Positions 24,948-36,500 of a stretch of DNA of 64,000 bases are shown one piece after another. This stretch comes from Macrostomum hystrix (taxonomy: Eukaryota; Animalia; Platyhelminthes), in assembly GCA_950097015.1 (NCBI GenBank), contig CATNEN010000029.1, positions 6,076,001 to 6,140,000 on the forward strand, read 5' to 3'. Position numbers and translations under genes: made by a program. The notes under the pieces were generated by a model. That model searched no databases. It saw nothing but the letters and a program-made list of their open reading frames with translations, and was not told where the DNA came from. Position 1 is the first letter of the stretch. Each line of letters begins with the position of its first letter.

Positions 24948-25498
24948 TAAAAGAGATCCCGAGCGATAAAAAGGCTGCAAGCTTCAGCCAAATGACAAGT
25001 GTTCTAACTTGAACCATAGAGGTGGTGGGACCAATCTACTAACTTTTACTTTTCAAAACGCCAAATATACTGAAACATTTCAACGTGGTCAAGTAGTTTA
25101 CCTTTTTCAATCAAGGCATCGAAAAAACATGCTCATGCTTTAATATGCGCATTTTGTATTTACTTCTGTGCTCAGGGGCGACAGAAGATGTTACTAATAA
25201 TATGGAAAACTTTGACGATAGTATATATTTTAACGCCTGCAAAGCATGGGTATTATTGTTATTGTGCCATAGACATTTTTGCCCAAGCTACACTTTCAGA
25301 GTCAGAGACGGGGGTGTGGAGGCAGAGCCCCCACTTGGGGCGTGGGAGCGAAGCCCCCCACTCCCTACCATAGACTATTTTACTAGAAATTCAAATCGTA
25401 GACTGAGCCAAAAGATCTGCTCTCGCACTGCAGAGGAGTAGAGAATTGAAACTGAAAAACAGTTCTTAAAAAATTCTACATAGCATTCCACAGAGACA

Positions 25499-27864
25499 AT
25501 GATTAACTACGACGGTATTCTCGAAGTAGACATTGCTGGATTGTCAACCGAGGAATAGATTTTTTCACTCGTCAAACTGCTGGAGCCTGCTGGCTTGGCT
25601 CGGCGATCAGCACCGGAGTGCCAAAAAGGCCACCAGCAGATGGTCGTCGCCGGCAGCGATCAGGCACGTCGGGCGAGGTTGCTGGCAACAGCGACGACAG
25701 CGACGGGGCGGCGTCTGACGCGCCAGACAGGTCCAGGGCAGCCCTACAGCCTCGCAGCCCCGTCGACATCGAGATTGAGGACATCAACGGTGAGCGCGAC
25801 GAGAATGGCAGGCCGACAGCGGCAACCGGCAATGGCGAGCAGCGAGACGGCCCAAAGGCGGAGCCATCTGAGGCAAACGAGCAGGAGGCAATGGACAGCG
25901 ATGACCGCGATGCTCTGCAGGCACTGCTGGACTTCGAGGTGTCCACCGTTGCGCTGTCACATATAGCATCAGTCGCTGCAGATCCCCCACCGTCGGGCGC
26001 TGGTACAGAAATAAAGGAGGCCTCCAGCACGGTGCCGAAGCCGCCTCAAGTCGCGGCCGACCAACAACAGCAGCCGAATGTTGAGAAGGAGCTGGGGAGG
26101 CGGAGGTTTCGTTTCCAGCGGCTCGAAACGACTGCTCGTGCTGTTGCTGCTGCTGCCGACTGCTCCATTGTGGGCGCCATGGCGCCATCGCAGCCCGATG
26201 GCCGACGATCTGCAGTCGCCAAGACCACGCGTCTCAGCGTCCAGAATATCAGACGACGGGCACGTGGTGTCGCCTGGCACAGCGGCATTCGCAGCAGCGG
26301 TGGTGGCCGCCAGGAATGAGGCCAGCCAGTCCTTCCCTGTCGGCCAGGAGTGGTGGCGCCTCATGACACCGCAGCCGCTGCAGCAACACGAGCAGGCGCA
26401 GCTCGAGCGTCGTCCCTCGATGATGTCGTTCAGCTACAGCCCGCCGGCGTCTGCGGCACAGCTTATCCACTTCCTGCAGCAACAGCAGGGGGACAGCGAA
26501 GCGAGCGGGAGCGCGGTCGGCGGCGCGAGAGGACAAGGAGGCGGCCGAGGGGTGCGACGGCTGGGCCAAAATCCGCTGCTCAATACGGCAGCAGCACAGC
26601 AGCAGTTTACTGTGACGCGCTCCGTCAGCCGGCCGCTCGCAATGAACGGTGCTGCTCCTGTGGAGCGACTGCCCGAGGACAGCGGCATTCTGACAGGGCG
26701 CCGCTATTTGCACGTCTTCCACATCGACAACGTGCGCTTCGTCGGTGAGTCACTTGCTTTATTCTTAAGCTCTGAATCATATAGCCAGCTCGCCTCCACT
26801 GTTTCCATGCTGCCTACATAAACAGGTCGTGCCAAGGTATATCTGGGCGAGGCTCTGAAGGCACATTGTGTCGAGCTCGTCCTGGCGTCCAGCCCGGGCC
26901 TCTGCGTCGGCATGGACGAGTTCTGCGACCAGCGGCTAGTCGCTGACCCGTCGACGAGATGGAGCAACAACAACAGCAGCAGCAGCAGCAGCATAGCGAG
27001 TATCGGCCACACCGCACTCTGTCCGGCTTCGTGCGCCTGGAGACCAACGCGGCCGGCTGGCATCTATACGAGCTGCTGTTCAGCCTGCTGCCTGGCCGAG
27101 ACGAGGGGCGCGGCTTTGTGGTGCCCGACCGGACCACCCTGACGCTGTGCGGCGTCCGCTCGCCAGACAGTGTGCTGCGGAGCCTGACGCAGCACGACGG
27201 CTACCCGCTGCTGATCGGGGTCGGCGCCACACAGTGCAGCATGCTGGTGCAAGCAACTCGGTGGGCGCTGTCCTAACTGCTGACTGCCAACCTGCCCGAC
27301 CAGACCGACGGCTTCCAGTTGGCACACCAGCAGATGCGCGCCACGTTGCTGGGGGTTTTCCGAGACGTGCAGCGCCAGCGCCGGATTCGCAGGGAGCAGC
27401 TCGCCGGCTGTTCCGCATGCTCCACCGAGGCTGCCGACAACCGGAACCTGTGCCCGATTCGAGAGGCCGTCTGCACAACCCTTCGCCACCAGTCGGGCGT
27501 TGTGTACCTGTACGGGCCGTCGGGAGTCGGCAAGACCACCGCCGTCGAGCGCAACCTGGGCCAGGAGCGCGTCTTCTGCCCGGTCATCAAGCGCTTCGGC
27601 GGGAACGACTTTATGTTTGACGGCCTGGACACCGCGCGCCACTCCGTCATCCTTCTGGACGAAGTGCGGCCGCACATGTTCGAGGGCGGCGACCTTGAGA
27701 CCACGCTGTTGCGCCTGCTGAACGGCAACAGCTTCCTGGTCAACGCCAAGCACCAGGCGCACGTCTACCTGGATTGGGGCCAGCGGCTGGTGATCATGGC
27801 CGGCCACGCCTCACCTGACCGGCTGACGTGCAGCGGCGCCTGCGCAACCGCCCAGGATGATTAA
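25499..27864 (+). pseudogene. Decayed CRESS-DNA-virus-like Rep (degenerate HUH region + SF3 helicase) with long low-complexity N-terminus and an 81-nt intron (26745-26825)
   Basis: VVYLYGPSGVGKTT (Walker A, 27514-27537), MFDG..SVILLDE (Walker B), LLRLLNG..VNAK, LVIMAG (motif C region); upstream RRYLHVFHIDN, RPHRTLSGFVRL and SVLRSLTQHD could be degenerate RCR motifs I-III; in-frame TAA at 27274-27276 and frameshifts near 25555, 26100 and 26948. Confidence 0.7.
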
Positions 27865-28559
27865 TTGATGAGGCCGCCATATGCCCGTCTGTCTATCGTG
27901 AAATTATTTCACCAATGCGACAATCCTACCCGAATTTTATCTCCACCACCATCTCCAACACCACCGGGTTAGTAGATGTGGCTGGCTGGGCTATAAAGAT
28001 TGAGCATATTGTATAATTGTGGTAAAAATTGAATAATTTTGAATAATTATATAGTTTTAAGTATTGTGCGCGCACTACGAACTGTACCTTTTGCAAATTA
28101 AAGTATCCACTTGGCTACTATGAGTAGATCAGTTCGCAAATTTTAGAATTAGAATTTAGAATTGCGGAGGAAGTGATTTTTTGACACTGTTTAATGTTTC
28201 CCTTCGAAAAAGCGACAAAGCCGAAGCCACAGTTCCGTTTCTGCTTATATACCGTTTATAATACACAGTGGCATATTAATGAAGGGGGTGGGACTAAATG
28301 CGTGTCCGAAGGATTAAATCGATTGCTCTATGGTCATACTTTTCGCCATAGACTACTTGAAAATCGGCCTGAAACGCTTGGATTTTGCCACTGTGGATTA
28401 AATCGAATGCTCGAAGGATCAAATGGTCTGCAAAATGCTATAATAATTGTAACGAGCTCATCAAAAGGCATCAAAATCACATGGTAGAATTAAACTGAAA
28501 CCGAATTCCTATTCAATCTATATTAACTATACACTGCACACACACACTAATCAAGCATA

Positions 28560-29816
28560 ACAGTAATAGCCTATTAAGCGCGCAAAAAAACTGTTTCTAG
28601 CACACAATAAATGTGGCGGTAAATATAAATTTTCAGCCACGCGCACATCGATCAAACCCTGCTGTGCTGCTGCCTCGACCTCCTTTTGTGCGGCCGATCC
28701 GGCGACGACTCCCGTGGGCTCTTCTCCTCTGAAGGCAGCTGCGTCGTCGTCTATGGGCGGCATTTCGGCAATGCAGGACTGCGTCCGCCTGCTGGGTCGC
28801 TCGAATGGCAGTCGTCATCGTCGGCTCGCCCTGCTGCAGAGCCTCGCCACTGCCAGCCAGCAGGCTGCTGAGTCTCTGGGTCGATGGGCGGCATAATGGG
28901 CGGCATCTGTTCGGCAGCTGCTGCAGTCGACGATGATGTCACCGCAAACCGGCGGACTATGGCGCGGCTGCGAATTACGCGCCCATCTCCGTGGCCATCT
29001 GCGCATTGTGGCCTTAATTGTACCGGATGACAGCGGCAGATGTGCCATGTGCACTGGCGAACACATCTAGCTGCTCCGGCTCCATCATTAGCACAACGGC
29101 GCAGAGGGTGCGACGTCAGTGCGTGACCACGTAGTGCCGGCCGAGGACTCGCTGACCGCCTGCACTAGTCATCCGGCTCATCGCCGACTGGCTATAGATG
29201 CCGCCGAACACGTCCAGGAACACCGTGCTCGTCTTCGAATTCGGTCGAGCAGCGAGCGACGGCACGACGGATGTACTCGTCGTGCATTCGCATCAAGGCC
29301 TCGAAGAATTGATCGGGCAGCACCTTGTGCGGCACTTCACTCAGCGGCAGGAAAAGGTGCGAATGGCCAGCCAGATCGGCAGCAAACGGCCCACTCTCCA
29401 CATCTGCACCCTGGTGCTGGCGGAATAGCTGCTTATGGTCGGATGCTGCGTTCCGCCGAACCGACCTATCGACCAAGTGTCGCCGGCAGATGTAGATCCA
29501 CGGCAGGAGTCGCAAGGGCTGCTCAATGCTGTAGTAGAACAGCATTTCCTGCACTATCCGCCCGCAGACAGACCATCCGGCGACTGAAAGCGCCATCGTC
29601 TACCACATCCTCCGTGGTGGTGATGCCATCTACAACTGCTGCCTACATGCTCCACTCGCCGTCTACGGGCAGCGAAGTCCAGCTGTGCCGTTGGAGCATG
29701 GCAAAAAAGCGGTCACTGCGGGCGAAAACGGCATACACCTCGTCCACATTGACGTAGGTGTCCACTGTCCATGAACGCCACCTGCCGCTCGTTGTGGCCC
29801 AGCTTGTAGACGGCCT
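28560..29816 (-). pseudogene. Decayed GC-rich orphan coding region convergent with the Rep-like gene
   Basis: Strong acceptor TTTTCTCTGCAG at ~29817-29828 followed by protein-like stretches in changing frames (AVYKLGHNERQVAFMD; VDTYVNVDEVYAVF; QEMLFYYSIEQPLRLLPWIYICRRHL; FFEALMRMHDEYIRR; VFLDVFGGIY) broken by stops; family not recognised. Confidence 0.45.
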
Positions 29817-30525
29817 GCAGAGAAAATGTTATTACAGAGCTTAGCTATAACTACACGTGGGCACTGGGCAGCATGTTATCAGATAGAACCAGCGCCGCTT
29901 GTGATCATCAATGCAGCTGTGCTATAATTGTGCAGCTAGCTCACCTCACTGGATGGCTCGTACGCTCTGCTTTGAAAAAGAGAAGCAGTGCGTCTGCTTC
30001 AACCAATCGATAATTTTACCCCTATGGTCATAGACTAAAGACGATCGAAGTCGTCTCTCTTTCATCTGCAGGCCCGTCTGGCTGGCTCGGCACTGCTTTT
30101 GAGGGAGGAAGATCGAGTTGGGGTGGTGGGGTTTGCTGTTCACTGGAAAATCGAATGTCTGAGCTTTTGAGGGGATGGCTAAAGCATAAACAAATTTAGT
30201 ATATAGTGCAGGGCACGCTTCGTTTTCGCACTTTGGGCTCTCTCCCTCCAGAGTGAGCCCCGTCTTAGTAGGAAATTAGCAGAAGCAGCTAGCAGCAGCA
30301 GCAGCAGCAAGAAATAACAAACAAAATATTAGCTAACTATTAATCGATTTTCTCACATGCACTCTCTATACATACTTGTAATGCGATGAACTCAATACAT
30401 ATATATAATTGATAACGAGACTACCGATACTGACAAAGGTTGACTCTCACTCTGCTCTTTTAATTTGCTGCATGGTATTTACGGCTTTGCGCTTTGCTTT
30501 AATTCATTCTTAAACTCAGAGGATC

Positions 30526-30858
30526 ATGGCCGAATACGATGGACACGCCAGCGCCGTCCGCAGGGCTATCTATCCATGGCGGTATAGCCGCCATCGTAGC
30601 CGGTTGCGGTCGATGGCCGGAATAACAGCAGCCATGCTAGTGATCGCCGAGTATCCTGACGAGGTCGCTGCCATCCAGGCGACACCTGGCGTATCGATTG
30701 TTGAGATGCAAGAATGCGCCGACTATGTATTGCAGGGCCCGCCAACGCAGCAGCGTGTACGGGACCTGCTGGCAGCTCAAAACATCGAGCTGCAAGTCGG
30801 GTGCCTAAAGTGGTGGCGGATGGCAGGCAATCCGCCACATGAAAATGTAGAAACGTGA
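30526..30858 (+). CDS. Intronless 110-aa hypothetical protein
   Basis: ATG in good context (ATCATGG), GC-rich against AT-rich flanks, globular-looking composition; no recognised family. Confidence 0.45.
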   Translation: MAEYDGHASAVRRAIYPWRYSRHRSRLRSMAGITAAMLVIAEYPDEVAAIQATPGVSIVEMQECADYVLQGPPTQQRVRDLLAAQNIELQVGCLKWWRMAGNPPHENVET

Positions 30859-30959
30859 TATATAATTTATATAATGCGCCGTATTTCACATTCTGTGGTT
30901 TCAAAGTCCGAGGACATTCTAACGGTAGACTAATGAACGGTTTTAACGGTTTTCTTATT

Positions 30960-31650
30960 TACAAAAAATCAGATCGCCCATTCGGACGTTTAAATGATTT
31001 AAAGGGCTCGGAATTCAGACTGAGCCATAGAGAAAAAGATTCCATACTAAGAAGAAGCCCATGACAAGTCCTGTAAAAACGCTTGTAAAAACCGGTGAAG
31101 CAGTCACGACGCAGAATAAAGCAAATGTTAAAAGCGGTGACAAGCGTCAAGTCTAGAATTCCGTATGTGCTGCTTAAACGGATGCTCAGCGTTAGTAGGC
31201 TAGTCAAGTATAAGAAACGGTACAGGTCTTTGAAGCATCATATCACTGTAATGCAGACGAGAAGGCTCAAGTTGGCGCGTCGCATCTTGAAACTGAAACA
31301 GCATCGCAAGAAACTGTTGCTTCGGCAAGTCAAGCTACAGAGGTCACGTCTGGTCACTTACAAGGAGAGCTGTAAGTCCTCCACATGCAGCGTCTGCATT
31401 GAAAGCCGCTCATCTGGTTAGAATACGCAGGCGCATCGAGTTACGATTAAAGAGAATTGACAAGAGAATTTCGACAAGCGCAGCACGACTACACTAACTG
31501 AAACAAAGGCGGGCTACGTTGAGCACAAGAATCGTTGCATCCTCCAATAGACTGCGAGATATTCATCGACGCATAGTGAATGGCAAAAAGCGAGTTCGAG
31601 AATTGAACACTTTAAGAATCGTCAGATTTAGGCCATCGCCAAGCAATCGG
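30960..31650 (+). pseudogene. Decayed fragment of an Arg/Lys-rich coiled-coil protein, likely paralogue of the 13.2-24.9 kb gene
   Basis: KQSRRRIKQMLK..QTRRLKLARRILKLKQHRKKL..LVRIRRRIELRLKRIDKRI..LKQRRATLSTRIV, interrupted by several stops and a frameshift; ends at a donor-like CGG|GTGAGT. Confidence 0.6.
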
Positions 31651-31959
31651 GTGAGTTCCCAAAACATAACTGATGAAGCCCATAAGATTTTTCAGTGATA
31701 TATATATAGTGAGTATGTATAGCGTTTTTTGGTTGTGCCTGCTAGTTTAGGTTTAGTGCATGGTTGTTCCTGTTTTCCTATCGGTTTTGATGCAGCAAAA
31801 TGATCACTTAAATCGACACTCCAATTTTACGAGTATATCCACTTAGTTCTGTTGTACTCCAGTCTTTTTATCTCTCATCCATGACTTTACAGTAAATAAA
31901 GAAAATTAACTCGTCGTTTTTTTAAATTTGTTTAACCTTAATTTTTTTCTGACGGTCAT

Positions 31960-33087
31960 TCAAGTGCTTTGGTACCCGCCGCGCCGCATAAATAGACGTC
32001 GAAGCCAGTCACAGCAGAATGTCGCGCCGTCGACAATCAAACCCGGCAGCGCCAGCCAGAAAGTGGTGTTTGGCACGGCGCTAGTGTTGACACCTTTTTT
32101 TAGTGCAAATGCGTTTACAGTGAAGCCGCCAACCAGGTAGACAAAGACGCTGACAAAGAGAATTATGAGCAGAATGTCGCCGCCACTCATTCCCCTGCCG
32201 CCGCCGCCACCGTCGGGCAAGCTCTCAACTTCGCAGGCATGTTTGGAAGTAAGCCTGCTCGAATAGATTACAGCGCTTGAACCGTCTGGAATGCCATCAT
32301 CCTGGGGCTCAAAGGCATCCGTCTCGGACTGAGAGCACACCATGCAGTGACACTTTGGACAGTCGGTTGAGACTGGCTTCGGCATCACGGCTTGTATACT
32401 TTATAAATAAGCCATTGTCCTGAGCATAGTCGAACTCAGCCGATTCTTGCGTGCCCAGTGCAAATTCCTTTAGTCAGTTGAAATTTAAATTGAAAAAAAA
32501 ATTTGTTTGAAAAAACTTTTAGAATCGATACTGAAAAAAACACAATATGCACTGCACTTTAGACGCAACTTCGAGCTCCACATCTGCTATCGAATTACTT
32601 TAGTGACTTGACGAAGCCATATCATATAGTTCTCTTATATTCTTTGCTACTGTCTATTATGACTCTTCCTTGTTTTCTGTTCTACAATTCACTTTTGCAG
32701 GTGAAAGAGTGACCACCTAAAAACTAAAGAGTTCTTTCCTGGAATTCTTACCGATCAATGCTCTATACGAATGGTTAAAAATTTCAAAATTTCAAAATTA
32801 ATTTTTTTGAGACTGCAACATTGCCAGCGCCCTTGCACTGAAAACCAAAGCACGGATTGAATGAGTAGACCTAATAGCCTGCTGGTCCTCTCCACCCGTT
32901 TGAAATGATAACCGTCTCGGCTGGCCAACGGCGTCAAATCGATGTACTTTCCAGACTCTGTCTGGCACTGGCAGCTGCTGATTTTCTTAGCGCACTTCAC
33001 CTGCTGTGCGATAGCTAGAGGCAGCGTTGCAAGCAAGAGGCAGCTGGCTGCGAACAGTAGGAGGGTGCCTTTTTGCTGAGTGAGCAT
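31960..33087 (-). CDS. CD-MPR/ATG27-like MRH-domain type I membrane protein (two frame disruptions; pseudogene or assembly error)
   Basis: Signal peptide, SCQC..YIDLTPL, VYSFNPC, LGTQESAEF, LTSKHAC, TM GGDILLIILFVSVFVYLVGG, tail PNTTFWLALPGLIVDG, typical of the M6PR/ATG27 family. Confidence 0.75.
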
Positions 33088-33524
33088 TCGATCAATCAGT
33101 TCGCTTCAAAAACCAAAAAAAATTTTTAACAAGCAGCTAGACTGCAATGAAAGTTTTCTGTTTGTGCTTATACGTATCAGTTTTTTCAGTTTTTCCACTT
33201 TTTCTTAACTCTCAGTAAAAGAAATTGTATGCACGTAGATAAGCAAGACTTAATGAATACAAGCCAGGCACTTGAGATAGGACTTGAAAGAAAATGAGAG
33301 AGGACGACCGAGTTATATCTGGCACCAGCAAGCCTGGTGGTTTTCCTTATTCAGTGATTGTTAAATTTATTGTGCAGACCTCGGAATACAGCTCATATAA
33401 AATTGTAGGTCGACAGAGAAGTAATTGGGCAAGGCCCAAGAAAGTAAATTTTTGTCGAAGCATGCTGTTATAATATTTTTCATCGAACTTTACAATCGAA
33501 ATGTTTCAAATTGTCTGTTGTAAT

Positions 33525-36500
33525 TGTTGTATTCTTGAAGTAACGAATACAGAGATTCCGATTGTAGTGTTGGTAAATGTAAGTATAGCGCCGAAAGGAG
33601 CACTCGGCAGTCGACTGGATAAGCGTGTATTTGTAACAGCAGTATTATTAAATACTGGAAAGGTCTTGAGTGTGTGCACCGCGCGGGGGTTTCTATTTAT
33701 AGCCTGGGGAGCGAGTGGGAGAACTTTCTAGAAAGTTCTCATAGATAGCCCGCGGGGGAGGCGCAGAGAAGATTCTGGAAACAACAGAGTGTTATAACAA
33801 GTGGTAGAAAGTTCTAGAAAACTATTTACGGAATTATCGTAACGAAACCCACAACACCTCCCCACCAAAACTGTGAGTACAGCTGATAGAAAGTCTATAA
33901 GTCCATTTGTAGCCGTGGCTTTCGCTGCCTAGCCGACCGTCGTGGATTATCTGGTCCGTAGGGCGGCGGGTGTTGGACTTGGTCCGGCGCTCGCCATCCT
34001 GGAGGCCTGGGTCGAGATCCTGGATGTGCCACCGCTGGTGTGGCCGGCAGCATCAGGTGGCCAGCCGTTTCGTTTTGTTGAGTCGGCAGTGATCCTGGCT
34101 CGCCGTCTTCCGCGGACACGTGTCGCGGTTGAAGCTGGTCGAAGTGCCGTCGCCACACCGGGCCGCTTGGGACAACCTTGACGTTGACGCTGCGGCTGCC
34201 GTGCCGCTTGGTGACCACTGCCGGAACCCAGCGGCCTTCCTTCTCGCGGCGTGGTCCGTAGTAGCGAGCGTAGACCGGATCTCCGACGTTGTAGCCTTCT
34301 CGGACGCGAGACACCTTTTTCCGAGCTCTGGACTCTTCGGCCTGCTTGACTTGGCGATCCTGGGCGAGATGGGCTGGAGATGGCAGCAGAGTATCAATCT
34401 GCGTCCTGATCTGCCGGCCATTTAGGAGTTCGCTCGGAGAGTAGCCGTTGACCGCAGGAGTCCGTCGGTACTGCATCAGGAACTGCTGTAGCGCCCTGGC
34501 AGGTGGCAGGCTGGATTTCTTCAGGGCCTTCTTGAAGGTCTGAACCAGTCGTTCGGCCGCTCCGTTTGTTGCAGGATGATACGGAGCTCCTGTGAGGTGC
34601 GCGATGCCGTGTTCGCGACACCAAGCTTGAAACTCCTCAGCCATGAATGCCGCTGCATTGTCTGTGACGATGGCGTGAGGGTAGCCGAAGTGGGCGAAGT
34701 CTTCTTCCAGAAGCTCGATCGTTGCCCGCGTTGACATGGATTGCGTCGGGTGTATGCACGGGTACTTCGAGTAGGCGTCCGTGAGCACTAGCCAGTTGGT
34801 GCCGAGGAAGTTGACTGCGTGATCCAGATGTAGGCGACTCCAAGGCTTCTCAGGCATCATCCACGGATGGACGGCGGCCTTTGGCGGATGATTTTGGTGC
34901 TCAGCACAGCTGTGGCAGCCGTGGCACAGGTGCTCGACGTCGTCGTCGATGTTCGGCCAGTAGACTGCCGATCGAGCCAGCTGCTTCATCCTCTGTATTC
35001 CAAAGTGTCCGAGGTGGAGGATTTTCAGCACCTCATTCCGGAGGTTCCGAGGAATCACAAGACGACAGCCATGCAGAAGACATCCGTTGCAGCAGGACAG
35101 CGAATCTTTGACCTTCCGCAGGCGGGCCAGCTCAGCGTCCTCGTCTCGTCCGATTGGCGGCCAACCTTCTCGACAGTAGCGCATGGCGGTGGAGATGACT
35201 GGGTCCCTCGATGATTCCTTGGCTACGGCTGAGGCGTCAGCCGGCCGGATCTGCAGGCTCAGGACCTTGATCGCACAGACCATGTCGAAGTCGGCTGTGC
35301 TCTCCTCCCCGTCGAAGTCTAGGTCGTCTCCGACTGGCAGGCGACTCAGGGCGTCCGCATTTCCGTGACTCTTCGTCTGGCGGTACTCGATTTCGTAGGT
35401 GAAATTGTGGAGCAGGTTCGCCCAACGAGCCAGTCGGTTTGCCGCCATCACTGGTGTCTCCTTCTCGGGCCCGAATAGAGAAATCAACGGCTTATGGTCC
35501 GTGACCAGGATGAACTTGCGGTTGAACAAGTATTGGAAAAACTTCTTTAGGCCGAAGATGATTGAAAGGGCTTCCTTCTGAATCTGAGGATAGCGGCGCT
35601 GAGCATCCGTCAGAGACTTTGAAGCGTTGGCGATCGGCCGCTCGCTACCATCCGGGTAGCGGTGGAACAGGACGGCGCCGATCCCGACGTTGGATGCGTC
35701 GCAGGAGAGCCCGAGAGGGAGGTCGGCATTGTAGTGGACCAGCACGTTGTCCGACGAGAGCTCCTCCTTGATCTGTTCGAAGGCCCGCTGCTCCGCGTCG
35801 CCCCATGTCCATGGTGCGTCCTTCCTGGTGAGTCGGTACAGCGGCTCAGAGATCGTGGCCATGCTTGGCGGCAGAAACTTTGCGTAGAACTGGACCGAGC
35901 CGAGGAATGACCGGAGGCTGGACACGTCCTTTGGTGGAGGCATTTCGCGGACAGCGTCCACCTTGGTTCCCTTGGCGATGCCTTCTTTCGACAGTACATA
36001 GCCAAGGTACTCGATGCTGGGCATGGCGAATTTGCACTTCTCCCGTCGGCAGCGAAGTCCCTTGTCAGAAAGGCGTTGGAAAAGCCGGCGTAGGTTTGCG
36101 AGATGCTCATCAGCGGTCGCGCCGCCGACCAGGTAGTCGTCCAAGTAGAAAACGACTCCGGGCAGATCACCGGCTACCATTTCCATGATGAACTGGAACT
36201 CACCCACTGCAGACTTCGGGCCGAAAGCGAGCCGCTTCTGAAGAAGCACACCCCGGTGGGTGCTCAGTGCCAGGCGCCTCTGACTCATCGGTCCCAACTC
36301 GATCTGGTTGTAGGCGTCGGCCAGATCTACCTTTGAGAAGCAGTAGCTGCCTCCCAGCTTCTGTAGCAGTTCCTCTGGGAGGGGCAGCGGGTGACGGTTG
36401 TCTTCCAGCTGCGGGTTGATAGTGCACGAGTAGTCTCCGCAGACTCGCAGTTTCGGCTGCTCTGAGCCGGTCGAGGGCTTTCGCACGGGGACCACGGGCG

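Noticed and set aside
27950-28620. Search for a CRESS origin (nonanucleotide stem-loop) or Helitron hairpin-CTAG end; GTGCGCGCAC palindrome at ~28066
   Set aside because: No TAGTATTAC-like loop within a stem was found; the palindrome alone is too short to call.
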